This document shows, one piece after another, positions 38,787 through 49,690 of a stretch of DNA of 64,000 nt. The first letter of the stretch is position 1. Every line of letters begins with the position of its first letter. The notes beneath the pieces were generated by a model. That model was not told the origin of the DNA. It did no database searches and saw nothing but the letters and a program-made list of their open reading frames with translations. The translations under genes and the position numbers were made by a program. Source of the stretch: Selaginella moellendorffii (taxonomy: Eukaryota > Plantae > Lycopodiophyta); NCBI RefSeq assembly GCF_000143415.4, contig NW_003314267.1:2955839-3019838 (forward strand), read 5' to 3'.

Positions 38787-39842
38787 CTAACCCAGCTCCG
38801 ATGGAGCCTTCGCCACGATGGAGAGCGCGTGGAGCCCGCTCTTGAGCTCGTCCTCCAAGAGCTGATACACCCGCCTGTGCCGCTTCACCACGCTCTGGCC
38901 TTCAAACTCTGCCGCCACCACCTTGACGTTGAAGTGCGTCTCGCCGCCGGTGGTTCCACGAACAGCAGCGTGCCCGGCATGCTGGTGAGACACATCCTCC
39001 ACTTCCAACACCGTCGGCGCTAGCGCTTCCTGGAGCTTCTTCTCAATCGCCACGGACCGTGAGGTAGCTGGCGGCGAGCTCTCGGCTATCGTGGATGGTG
39101 ATCGCGTAGCAGCAGAAGCAGCAGGAGCAGCAGGCGTAGCAGCGCTCCTAGCATCATCACTCTCCTTGGGCGACGCTAAGACGGCGGCGGTGGCCGGAGA
39201 GGAACCGGCCGACGAATCCATCTCCATCTCCAAGGCCTTCTTCTGCATCAATCTAAACATGTTGTAGAAGCCGCTGGTGCGAGCGGGCGTGAGGCTCTGC
39301 TTGAGGCCGAGCATGTGGAAGAAGGCCGGAGTCAAGCGGACGATCTCTCGGGGCCTGGATCCCGACAACCCTTCGACGAGGAGCGCCGCCAAGCCCTTGG
39401 TGAGGATGGAGTCGGAGTCGGCCTCGTAGAACACCTTGCCGTGGTCACCGAGGTAGGCTCGCACCCAGACGCGGGAGACGCAGCCCACCACCTTGTTGGC
39501 GTCCGTGCGGTGCTCGTCCGGCAGCGGTGGAAGCCTCTTGGCGTAGTGCATCAACTGCTCGTACGCTGCGCGTTGGTCCCGCACCGCTGCAAACAGGCTC
39601 ACAATCTCACGCAGCTTATCGGGGAGTACCTCCTCTTCTAATTGCTCTCCAGCTGCTGCTGCTGCTGTGCAATTCACTCGAAATACCTTTGCCGATCTGG
39701 AGCTGGCAGCAATCGCGCTCAAGCTCACGCCCCCTAGCGGCGATGGCGCCGCCGAGACTCGCAAGAGCGCCGCCCTCTTGCCTGGCGCCGGCCAATCCCC
39801 TACGCACAACCAGGAACCCTGAAAATGTCTAGCAGCCTCCAT
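38787..39842 (-). CDS. SUFE1: SufE1 (SufE-BolA fusion) Fe-S assembly sulfur-transfer protein, intronless
   Basis: NKVVGCVSRVWV, ADSDSILTKGLAALL, LTPARTSGFYNM; BolA part EDVSHQHAGH...ETHFNV...VKRHRRVY...GLHALSI. Confidence 0.95.
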   Translation of the reverse strand: MEAARHFQGSWLCVGDWPAPGKRAALLRVSAAPSPLGGVSLSAIAASSRSAKVFRVNCTAAAAAGEQLEEEVLPDKLREIVSLFAAVRDQRAAYEQLMHYAKRLPPLPDEHRTDANKVVGCVSRVWVRAYLGDHGKVFYEADSDSILTKGLAALLVEGLSGSRPREIVRLTPAFFHMLGLKQSLTPARTSGFYNMFRLMQKKALEMEMDSSAGSSPATAAVLASPKESDDARSAATPAAPAASAATRSPSTIAESSPPATSRSVAIEKKLQEALAPTVLEVEDVSHQHAGHAAVRGTTGGETHFNVKVVAAEFEGQSVVKRHRRVYQLLEDELKSGLHALSIVAKAPSELG

Positions 39843-39983
39843 TCTCTCCCCTAGAAACCCTAATTCGAATCTTAGAGGAATCTCTAGAGTACCTTTGTCA
39901 GCGTTTCTTTTGCATCAATCAACGTTTTCTATCCTCTAATTCGTCTGTCTAAGTTTGGAAAAAAATTTCTTGATGAACTTCAA

Positions 39984-41426
39984 TCATCTGGCAGGTTGTA
40001 GAGAAAATGTGAATGGCACGGGCTGTTTGGATCCCCAGAAGCTGGGAATTCCAAGACTCGGATCCAGCAAGTCCGAGTCCTTGTTCACGAGAGCCAGATC
40101 CCTCCTCCCAGACGGCTCAAACCCCCTGTACGGCCCCCTGTATCCATCCACGAGGTGCAAGAGCCCCTCCAAATTGTGCCATCCCGCCAGGTTCGCGCCA
40201 CGCCTCAGGTACGGTGACACGCCACAGTCGAGCGCCACCTCCGTGCCGACGTGCGAATATGCCCAGGGAATCATCTCCCCGATGGCGCCACTCATCCACT
40301 GGTGCTGCTCGTTGACAAAGATCCCGGGGACCTTTGGGACGATGTCCCGCGTGTTGACGACGCGCAGGACCTTGAGATCGAGCTCCCGGCACCGCGCGGC
40401 GAAGCAGCGATTGCCCACCCGCGGTGCGGAGAAGGAGACGACGGTGGCGGGGATCTGGGTCTTATCCCCGGCGATGCCAAGCTCCGCGAGATCATAGGCG
40501 CTGAGCAGCGCCAGCGCGCCGCCGAGGCTGTGGCCAGTGACCGTGACGCTCACCGCCTCGCCGTCGGCCTGGAACTGGGCGATCAGGCGGCGGAGCTCGC
40601 AGATGAGCTGCTGCCGCGCGCTCAACTTGTTGTATCGGCTCCGGGACTTGCTGGCCGTGTAGATGTCGAGGAAGCCACTCTCCACCTTGACGCCCGCCGT
40701 GGATCTGTCCCGCGGATCCAAACCCACTGGCATGAGATAGTCCTGGAGATTCTCCAGCCACTCCACGCCAGTCACGGTTCCTCGCCACGCGATCACGATG
40801 TGCCGCCGGCCAATCTCGGCAGTCAAAGACGGACGACTCACGGCCACGAAGCCCATCCAATTGGAATCTCGGCTCCATGGCTCTCCTTGCTCCTCGTCTC
40901 TAGCTCTTGGCCTGGGAAAGATTCTCGGCAGCTCTAGATCCGTGGTGGCGTACAGATATTTGGTGATCTCGTACTCTTGGTCCCGCGCGGCTACAGTCTT
41001 TCCCAGGAGCTCGCTGGGACTGTAGCGGCAATTTCCACGCCTGCGCGAGTGGTCGTCGTTGTCGAATCCATCGTAGCAGGCTTGAGACAGATCGCCGTAC
41101 TTGAGAATCTCGCGCCGTAGCTCCTCGTCTATGAAATCGCTGCATGGCCCTGCGGCGTCGCCATCCTGGTAGCTATCCACGGCTTTGCGGGGTGACGGGA
41201 GCAGCAATCCCAGCCAATTGTCAGCTCCTTGCAGCTCTCGCCACTTACTCCACAGGCGACCACTAGGTGGTCTGAGCGCTCGCTTTGCGTGAATCTTCGA
41301 TGCGAATTGGAAAGATTTGTGGGTCGATAGTGCCAGACAGGTGGAATCCTTCACATCTAAACACTGTGGATGTGAAGGCGGGCCAATGATCTTAGCGCTG
41401 CTGGGAGCTGCGGCCATGGCGGCCAT
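39984..41426 (-). CDS. Phospholipase A1 (DAD1-like/PLA1-I), intronless, copy 1
   Basis: WRELQGADNW, YGDLSQACYD, DSNWMGFVAV, IAWRGT, TGHSLGGALA, PRVGN, HNLE. ATG at 41426 (or 41450). Confidence 0.93.
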   Translation of the reverse strand: MAAMAAAPSSAKIIGPPSHPQCLDVKDSTCLALSTHKSFQFASKIHAKRALRPPSGRLWSKWRELQGADNWLGLLLPSPRKAVDSYQDGDAAGPCSDFIDEELRREILKYGDLSQACYDGFDNDDHSRRRGNCRYSPSELLGKTVAARDQEYEITKYLYATTDLELPRIFPRPRARDEEQGEPWSRDSNWMGFVAVSRPSLTAEIGRRHIVIAWRGTVTGVEWLENLQDYLMPVGLDPRDRSTAGVKVESGFLDIYTASKSRSRYNKLSARQQLICELRRLIAQFQADGEAVSVTVTGHSLGGALALLSAYDLAELGIAGDKTQIPATVVSFSAPRVGNRCFAARCRELDLKVLRVVNTRDIVPKVPGIFVNEQHQWMSGAIGEMIPWAYSHVGTEVALDCGVSPYLRRGANLAGWHNLEGLLHLVDGYRGPYRGFEPSGRRDLALVNKDSDLLDPSLGIPSFWGSKQPVPFTFSLQPAR

Positions 41427-41706
41427 TGTGATAAGAAATTCCAGTCTCATCGATCCCTATTATAGTCAAGTCAGCCGCGTGTTTGACCTTCCTTTTACTT
41501 TGAATTTTAAACTTTCAAACTGAAACGCTCGAGCTCATCCTGTCACTCTTCAACATTGACAAATTCTTTCTGTACGCAAATCCATTCATTATTGTATTCA
41601 CAACTTGTACAGGCTCCGAAATATGCTGTTTGTCACTAAACATTGTTCTTTACGCAATGCAATTATTGTGCCAACCTTCGCTACTCTCTTTCCGTAGCAC
41701 AGTCCC

Positions 41707-43371
41707 TCAGTGACGTCGATGATATTTGCAACAATCTTCGTCGTCTCCATCGTGGGGTTCCCTGTGAGGCTGCACCCATCTTCCAGATAAATCCTTTACC
41801 AGACCCTTGTGCATCTCTTGCCACCAAAAACCCGGGATACCCATTTCCTCGATCAAGAAATCGGCAGCCTTGTTCACCAGCGCTGGATCCCTCTGCGTCA
41901 TTGAAGAAAACGGCTTGTCTGGGCCGTGATACCCATCTAAGAGATGCAAGTGGGCTTCCAAGTTGTGATGCCAGGACGGATTCATCGTGGGCTGGAGCAA
42001 TGGCGAGTGCGTGCTGCAAACCTGGAGCTGCTGGCCGACGTGAGAATAGGTCCATGGGAGCTTGTCGATCACCGCCCGGATGAATGCGAAGCTGTTCTCG
42101 TTGAAGAAGATCCCCGGAGTTTTGGGGACCAAGTCCTTCTCGTTGACAACGCGAAGGACTTTGATACCGAGCGAGTCGCATCGATCACGGAACGCATCGT
42201 TCCCGACCCGGGGGGCGGCAAAGGAGAAGACAGCGACGGGGATGTTGTTGGTCGGATCGTCGTCGATGTTGTGAGGCCGGGGGAGGCTCTCGAAGATGGG
42301 ATCCATAGTTCCGGTTGGAGCTCCCTGCTGCTCGCAGTAGCTCCCGGACACGACGCTCGTGAGGGGCTCGTCCATGCCTGACTCAGCGATATCGTAGGCG
42401 CTGAGGAGCGCCAGGGCTCCGCCGAGGCTGTGCCCAGTCACCGTGATGCTCAGCTGCTCGCCCTTGTAGAGACCAACAAGGCGATGGATCTCCCACAGCA
42501 GCTGCTCGCGGGCACTCCGATTCTTCTTCTTCTTGGCACTCTTCTTCTTGGACGTGTACAAGTGGAGGAAGCCATTCTCCACCTTGACACCGTCGAGGAA
42601 CGAGCACTTGTTCTTGTCCCAGTGTCGCTGATCCAGCCCCGCGGGTGTGAGGAAGTCCTTGAAGTTCTCGGACCACTCGATCGAGGTGACGGTCCCCCGC
42701 CAGGCAACGACGATGTCTCGCCTCCCTAGCCTTGCGATCTCCTTCTCGCAGGTAGCCACGGCGACGTAGCCGATCCAGTTGGAGTCCCGGTTGGGAGAGT
42801 CCGAGGCCTCGGAGCTTTTGAAGAAGAACGGGATCTCCGGGTCCGCGGTGGCGTAGAGAAACTTGGTCACTTCGTAACCTCGGCCCGGTAGATCCACTCG
42901 GTCAAAGAGCTCTTTCTTGCAATACTTACAGCTTCCGCAGTACTTGGACCGAGTGTTCATGTCGAAGGCGTCATAGCAAGCTTGAGCAAACTCGCCGTAG
43001 CGGATGATCTCGGCTCGCAGGCATGGATCGATAGGATGCTCCAGCAGGCCCTCCCAGTGGTAAGCCCCTTGAATTTCTCTCCATCTCTGGCTCAGCTCTG
43101 ACTTCTTTTCCTCGGCTGGGGGATGAAGCTCCTCCGCTGGTGGTGCCGGAAGAGTTTTGATGGGCGAGACTTTGTATGCCTGCTCTAGCTCCTTGACCAG
43201 AACTTTCTCCACGGAGACATCTACTTTGCTGCCAATTACAAGCGAAACATCCTCGTTGTTCTTGTTTGGAGCGAATCTTACCGCACTTGCAACAACCAAG
43301 GATGGCCTTGCAGGCTTGAAGCTGCTCTTCGGGAAGCACGAAGTGTAATTTCTAAGCTGAGTGGAAGCCAT
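41707..43371 (-). CDS. Phospholipase A1 (DAD1-like/PLA1-I), intronless, copy 2
   Basis: WREIQGAYHWEGLL, YGEFAQACYD, SNWIGYVAV, TGHSLGGALA, HNLEAHLH, WWQEMHKGLVK. Confidence 0.94.
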   Translation of the reverse strand: MASTQLRNYTSCFPKSSFKPARPSLVVASAVRFAPNKNNEDVSLVIGSKVDVSVEKVLVKELEQAYKVSPIKTLPAPPAEELHPPAEEKKSELSQRWREIQGAYHWEGLLEHPIDPCLRAEIIRYGEFAQACYDAFDMNTRSKYCGSCKYCKKELFDRVDLPGRGYEVTKFLYATADPEIPFFFKSSEASDSPNRDSNWIGYVAVATCEKEIARLGRRDIVVAWRGTVTSIEWSENFKDFLTPAGLDQRHWDKNKCSFLDGVKVENGFLHLYTSKKKSAKKKKNRSAREQLLWEIHRLVGLYKGEQLSITVTGHSLGGALALLSAYDIAESGMDEPLTSVVSGSYCEQQGAPTGTMDPIFESLPRPHNIDDDPTNNIPVAVFSFAAPRVGNDAFRDRCDSLGIKVLRVVNEKDLVPKTPGIFFNENSFAFIRAVIDKLPWTYSHVGQQLQVCSTHSPLLQPTMNPSWHHNLEAHLHLLDGYHGPDKPFSSMTQRDPALVNKAADFLIEEMGIPGFWWQEMHKGLVKDLSGRWVQPHREPHDGDDEDCCKYHRRH

Positions 43372-43738
43372 GAGATTCACTTCAAAAGCATGCAAACAAA
43401 GTCCTTCCAAGATTTTTCAGCAGAGACAAACTAGGAGCTCCTTCTACTTCGATGGTTCCTCACAGGAGCTGCGAGCCCTCTTTTGAAGTACCTCTTTTAC
43501 CACCCTATGAGTCGTACCGGTACTGTGCTAAAGTGGTCCGTATTGTCTGATGTGTCCAGCACTAAACAATATGTGGCGCTCTATGGAGCACGTTTCCGCT
43601 TGGATCCAACCATGAAGCCAAGAAGCCAAGCACCTCCATTCCGACATAGCCATCCACATTGAAAACGTTTGGAATTCAATATTGCTTGGTTTCATAGTCA
43701 AAGCAAAGCTCAATACCTTGATAGGTACCTTGATAGAT

Positions 43739-45610
43739 ATGAGCGTCGAGCGGGAAGAACTCGCAGCGCTCTTGCGCACTTGCGGCATTGCCAGGGATCT
43801 TGGGCAGGCCAGGCGGCACCACGTGAGGATTCTGTCGAGCAGCAGCCATCGCAGCGATAGATTTCTCTTGAATTTGGCGGTGCAAATGTATGGGAGGTGC
43901 GGTGATCTCCAGAGCGCGAAGGAGGTTTTCAATTCCATTGCGCAGCCCAATGCCTTCTCCTGGAACATCATGATCTCCGCTTGTGCTCAGAATGGCCGTG
44001 CTGAGGACGCGATGCTCGCGTTCCAGAAGAATCCTCACAAAAACCAAGTTTCCTGGAATGCATTGATCACGGCGTTTGCCGAGAACAGCAATCTCCACGC
44101 AGCAAGAGAGATTTTTGAGAGGATACCTGAGCTCAGGAGCGTTCTCTCTTGGAACATCATGATCTCTGCCTACGCACGGTGCGGACAATTCTTCCAAGCG
44201 AAGGACTTGTTTGATAGAATGGAGATCCGAGACACTGTTTCCTGGAACATCATGATCCAAGCTTACAGTAACTTTGGAGATCTTTCCGGGGCAGAGCAAT
44301 TGTTTCGATCAATGCCAGATCGCGACACTGGATCTTGGAATTCCATACTTACAGCATATGCAATTTCTGGACATTTGGAAAAGGCCAAGCAAACGTTTGA
44401 TAGAACACCTGAGAGGGATCTAATTACCTGGAACACAATGATAGCGGCTTTTCTTCGATACAATGACATGGACAACGCTATTACCATGTTTCAAAGGATG
44501 CCACGGTTGGACCTGGTGACGTGGAATGCCATGGTACAAGCGTTTACACGCAATGGGCATCTAGAAAGTGCTAAAAGAATCTTCAACACAATGCTGGAAA
44601 GGGATATAGTTTCCTGGAATCTTATTCTCCAGCTTTATTCTCAAACATTAAAGATATCTAAAACACGTCAGTGGTTTGATTCCATGCCCGAGCACAACAC
44701 AGCATCTCTCACGATTATGCTTACAGCATATGCCGCTGACGGGCATCTACGTCAAGCACGAAATGTCTTTGACTGCATGCCAGCTCGGCGATTAGTAACA
44801 TGGAATGCCATGATGGCAGCTTACGTGAACTCAAAAGATCAAGCCAGTTCACTCGATTTGTTTCTAGAAATGCCTCAACGGGATATTGCTTCATGGAATG
44901 TGGCTCTTCAAGGATTTGCCCAGGCAAGGCATCTGGAACATGCTTTTGGCATTTTTCACGAGATGCCCGAGTGGGACATAGTATCGTGGACTGCATTGCT
45001 AGGAGCTTATGCACTCGCAGCTATGGTGGAAGAGGCCACGGCGGTGTTTGATCAGATGCCGGAGCACGATTCAATCTCATGGAGCGCAATGGTGGGTGCC
45101 TATGCGTCAAGTGGAATGATCGCCCATGCCAAGAGATTGCATGATTTGATGCTCGATCGGAGCTTGGCATCCTGGAATGCAATGCTTGCTGCTTATGCAC
45201 AAACAGGGGCTCTCTTAGAATCGAGGCGATTCTTTGATTCTATGCCAGAATTAGATGAAATATCGTGGAATTCAATGCTGGCAGCATTCGTCTATGCGGG
45301 TAATGGTGGATGCGCTTTGGAATTTTTGCAGGAGATGGCTGTGAATGCCGTGAGTGCCAATGGGAAGACATTTGCGATGGTGCTGTGCGTGTGCGATCAC
45401 ATTGGGCTGCTTAAAAGAGGGCGGAGGGAATTCAGCAGAATGCTTTTCGACTATGCAATTCATCCCAATATTGAGCATTTTGGATCTATGGCAGATATTT
45501 TAGGGAGGAGTGGTATGTTAAGTGATGCTAAAGAGCTTGTTTACACAATGCCTTATCAACCAGACATTGTTTCATGGGGGTCATTACTTGGAACCTGTAA
45601 AATATTGTAA
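43739..45610 (+). CDS. PLS-class PPR protein (S/SS repeat array), truncated early in E domain
   Basis: Repeats MPERDLITWNTMIAAF..., HFGSMADILGRSG, ends MPYQPDIVSWGSLLGTCKIL*. Confidence 0.9.
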   Translation: MSVEREELAALLRTCGIARDLGQARRHHVRILSSSSHRSDRFLLNLAVQMYGRCGDLQSAKEVFNSIAQPNAFSWNIMISACAQNGRAEDAMLAFQKNPHKNQVSWNALITAFAENSNLHAAREIFERIPELRSVLSWNIMISAYARCGQFFQAKDLFDRMEIRDTVSWNIMIQAYSNFGDLSGAEQLFRSMPDRDTGSWNSILTAYAISGHLEKAKQTFDRTPERDLITWNTMIAAFLRYNDMDNAITMFQRMPRLDLVTWNAMVQAFTRNGHLESAKRIFNTMLERDIVSWNLILQLYSQTLKISKTRQWFDSMPEHNTASLTIMLTAYAADGHLRQARNVFDCMPARRLVTWNAMMAAYVNSKDQASSLDLFLEMPQRDIASWNVALQGFAQARHLEHAFGIFHEMPEWDIVSWTALLGAYALAAMVEEATAVFDQMPEHDSISWSAMVGAYASSGMIAHAKRLHDLMLDRSLASWNAMLAAYAQTGALLESRRFFDSMPELDEISWNSMLAAFVYAGNGGCALEFLQEMAVNAVSANGKTFAMVLCVCDHIGLLKRGRREFSRMLFDYAIHPNIEHFGSMADILGRSGMLSDAKELVYTMPYQPDIVSWGSLLGTCKIL

Positions 45611-46475
45611 ATGGTTCTATATTGAACAGTTTTGAAGATACTGATGATTATAGTTGGAAGGCACAAAATATTTCTTAACTCCTTTCTTGAGAAAATTATT
45701 TCTATTTACATTCATTGGGGATGCTTATATAGTATAATTAGAGTGGGAATTTCCTAGCATTTTTTTCTTTTTGCTCTTTTTTAACTGACTTTGATGTAAA
45801 CTTGTGAAAGTTGAAATTCCATAATCTAAAGGTCTGTAAATTACATATATATTTATGCATATCAAGGTAAATATGCTAATTATAGTAGTGTTACACATGG
45901 ATGGACATGTCAACTGAGACTGAATTTTGTCCATCAGCAGGGACTAATAAATAAAATTATTTATCTCTCTATATTTATTAATTCTATCTATAAGATTTAT
46001 CCAAAGATTTTGTCTATATTTTAAAATCTCAATAGCTACCTGATGATGCTATGCTTCAATGGCAGCATTAGATATGTCTATCCAAAGCTGAATATTCCTT
46101 GAGATCAATATCAAACTAATTGAACTGGTTCACTGTTAAAATATTATTGAGGGGAAAAAATAGATAAAATATTATCAAGCTGTTTAAGAGAGTTTTAAAA
46201 GGAGGAGTTGACTAGCTTTTTATATAAACTTATGTCATGCCAATTTTTTTTTTTAGTACTAAAAACAATTTACTGATCTGGTTAAAAAGGATTTTGATAT
46301 TTGGTACTTACATATAGCTAAATTAATAAACATTCACAACAAAAACTAATTGATCATTTATAATTTTATACACAACCTTCTTTCCTTTTGTCACATTATT
46401 TAGTTTGTGCAATTGAATCACTACCCTTGACATGGTGAAGGTCTAGGAGACAATTGCTTTGGGCTTTCACCTTTG

Positions 46476-46915
46476 GACTCGAAATCAAATTCAGACTTAA
46501 ACTCGGTCTCAAACTTAGTCTTGGTTTTGGTCTCAAATTCGGTTTCAAACTCAAACTCGGTCTCGGACTCAGTCTTAATATTGGATGTGGTCTTAGTCTT
46601 GGACTCGGTTTCAATTTCAATTTTGGTCTCTTTCCCAGCTTTGACCTCAAACTCCATCTTAAGTCCATTTTAGATTCGACCTCGAACTCCATCTTGGAGT
46701 CCATCTTGGGTTAATCTCGAACTCTATCTCAGATTGCATCTTGAGTCTATCTTAGACTCTATCTCGAAATCCACCTTGGGTCGATCTCGAACTCTATCTC
46801 AGACTGCATCTTGAGTCCATTTTAGATTGCATTTCGGGTCAATCTTGAACTCCATATCAGATTATCTCAAGTCTATATTAAACTCCATCTCGGACTTTTT
46901 CTCGGACTCATTCTT
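46476..46915. repeat. Degenerate tandem array: 6-mer (GGACTC/GGTCTC) block, then 11-12-mer (GGACTCCATCTC-like) block with ~70-bp higher-order unit
   Basis: Units such as aaactc ggtctc ggactc agtctt and gaactctatctc agactgcatctt gagtccatttt; variants differ mainly by C>T/G>A changes. Confidence 0.85.
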
Positions 46916-47389
46916 GACATTTCCATATGTCACAACACTTGCCACGTGTTAGTCCTTGTGTCCCTTTTTAGAGACTCATTCACCAATTACTTTATGCTTA
47001 TCCTTCGAACATTTCATTTGGAGTTCCACTCCTATTCTCAACTTTCTAAGTTAGAGTTTTTGGTCCAAACATATTATGTTTATTGGATTTCACTACCATG
47101 TGGCACCCTTTTCTGCTCCACTTTGGGGATTAGGGATTTGTGTCTCACATAAAAATTACAACACTAAACACCATTAAATTTTGTTGACAATATATATATA
47201 AACTTATACCTTTTTCTTTTTGACCAACCTCAAAACTAATCTAACACCAAGTCTAACACCAAGTTACTTAAAGAGAAATAACAAAGTTTCTTGGAAAAAA
47301 ATTGATCATTATAACCTAAGCCTTCCAATAGTAACCTACACAAAATATTTAGTGCTTCAACACTATTCATCTCACGACTCACCATTTGT

Positions 47390-48615
47390 AAAACTATCAT
47401 ACCTATATGCATCAAGGTAGAGATTTTTGATTGTATGTTGTGAACATGAATAATGAGATCACAACTCGTTGCAAATCATCTCTCATGGAAAAAAAATTTA
47501 TTTACATATTTGATCCTTTGTCTCTGATGAATTTTTTTTTTATCTTAACTTTCACTAAACCTCAAACTTGTATTCGCACTACCTTGAAAAAAAATGTATG
47601 AGAGAGCATGACAAACACTGGGAAATATACTAAGAATTGGAATTAAGCCTATTGCCAAAATAGTACACTTGCAAATGCAAAAAGAAAAAAAATTGATTTC
47701 TTTTGTTTATTTATATGGCTTAATGGAACCTTGTTCTAAGCCCATGGCTAGAGCACCCAAAGGCGGAAGGTGGGGAGAGTACCCATGAAGGTCACGTAAG
47801 GCTACGGTGTTTATCAATCCATGTATCGTTACATGAACTTTTCTGAAACTTTCCCATCTACCTTACATAGTGAATTAATAGACTAATCCCTATAGTCTTA
47901 ATTGATCCACTTATAATCATGCTTAAAAATGATTTGTTAGTGCCGTACTAAATAGCTATGGACCAACCTATTTGCCACTCATAACAAACCTAAGGGAGAT
48001 TTACATTTACCTACAGTAACGTAGAATAACTTATAGTAAATATTAATATGATAAAATTAATATTACAAACTCAAAGTGTAAACTTGAGTTGTTAATGTGC
48101 CTTGTTTAAAAGGCCAAGCAAAAACTTATGCAAAAGATACATCTAAAATCTAACTTAATAAGCTCAAGCACAAGCTCATACAATATCGTATAAATAGTAA
48201 CCAAAATCCATACTCCCAAACTCTCAAGTGTTCAATTAGCAAATGAAGGAATTGAAGCACAGAAAGACTTTTAAGGGAACAAGAGTAGAAGCAATATAGG
48301 AACAATCCTATGACATTTAGCATCCTAATGCCAAGACTAATATACAAAATGGAGTTAAATGGAGTTTGCCACAATTTTAGCATATTAGTGGTATAAAATG
48401 AGGATACGGGCGCTTCACTAGCTAGCCTAGTATGGAGCTTGAACTAGACCTAAGTCAAACGCTTAACAAGAATAAACATATAAAAGGGAGTTAAATTGTA
48501 CCTCATGTTGGTCAATTATGCCTAACCTACTCACTATCCCTATTATACATTTGAAATCCATTACACCCCCTACCCCTCCCCCTCTAGAGGAACTCATGCT
48601 TTGGGCTTTCACCCT
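47390..48615 (-). mobile_element. Possible LTR retrotransposon relic (PPT plus start of 3' LTR)
   Basis: Minus strand reads AGAGGGGGAGGGGTAGGGGG (48585-48566) immediately followed by TGTAA. The LTR end was not located, so the left coordinate is a guess. Confidence 0.4.
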
Positions 48616-49116
48616 AGCCCTAAGAGTTAATCTTTAGGACATCATGTCATCGTGTTTGGGACAATCTCTATTTCGTAAATATGCCTTAGTAACAAATCTA
48701 AATACTTTCCATAAATTGCTGATAAGACCAAATATCTATAATAATAAGGAATGATTGCCAAACTTTCTAGGCCGCCAGATCTAGCCAATGGCAGCCATCT
48801 GATAGGGGGTAATTGTACAACAATTATTTCTTTAACCACGTTTTTAGCAAATAATCATGTTGATGTTTGCCAATGGGGGGGGAACCAATTGCCTGCGGTG
48901 AGAGAAGAAGGCACTACAACACATGTCATATGCAAAATGTTGACTGGTATTGACACTCAACCTTTTATAATAAAGACCCTCTGAAATCGAGAGGGTAAGC
49001 TCTAAAGTTTAGTGGAGAGTGTCTACAATGACAACACGCATGACTATTGGTGCCTTTAAATTGTAATTCAAGTTTATAATTGAATCTCTTTCCTTCAATT
49101 TAGGGTTTTGTGAGCT

Positions 49117-49690
49117 ATGGCATGTGCTCTTGCCAATCCCTGGCAATGGCACCTCACATTCATCCCAAATGTGCAAATTCCTATATAGTGCCCTTCTTTT
49201 CTTGTTGTGGCTGCTGGTCTATTGCCTGTTTTGAAAATTGAGATGAGCTGCAATGCAATTGGAGCCATTGTTGTAAGTGGATTTTCTTGTAGTGAGATTG
49301 CATTTTCTCAAACTTCTTATCAAGTCACTAGTGATGGAAAGATTTTGGGAGAATCACTGAGATCACAAGTACTTTTTTTTCTCTCTTCATTTTTATTTTG
49401 TTTTGTTTTATTTCTTTGGATTCAAGGCAAAGTTGCTTCAACAGTATGGTGGTGTGATACCCCTAATAGCATGTCTAAACCACAAGCAAGCAATTGACAA
49501 AGTAAGTTATTCTCCTTTCAATGGAAGTTTTGAGAGTTCTTTTATGTTCTTTAGGTGGTGGCACAAGCTCTAGAGAATGCAAAAGTGAAGGAGTTAGAAC
49601 TTGCAGTAGTAGCTGTGACAATTGGTTTTGGCTTGAGTTTATGCTTGGATGATAATGTTCTTTATGATGGGCTTATTGTCGTGTTCAGTG
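49117..49690 (+). pseudogene. Decayed 5' copy of organellar GCP1/TsaD (t6A threonylcarbamoyltransferase) gene with introns
   Basis: VLKIEMSCNAIGAIV|VTSDGKILGESLRSQ|AKLLQQYGGVIP...IDK|VVAQALENA...VAVTIGFGLSLCL resembles VLGIETSCDD..A.V / YGGV.P / AVTIGPGLSLCL; in-frame TAG and broken splice sites. Confidence 0.82.

Noticed and set aside
46396-46714. Short ORFs with KTETEFE or LSLKP periodicity; possible CRISPR-like array
   Set aside because: Products of the 6-mer satellite; no constant repeat/unique spacer structure, and the context is eukaryotic.
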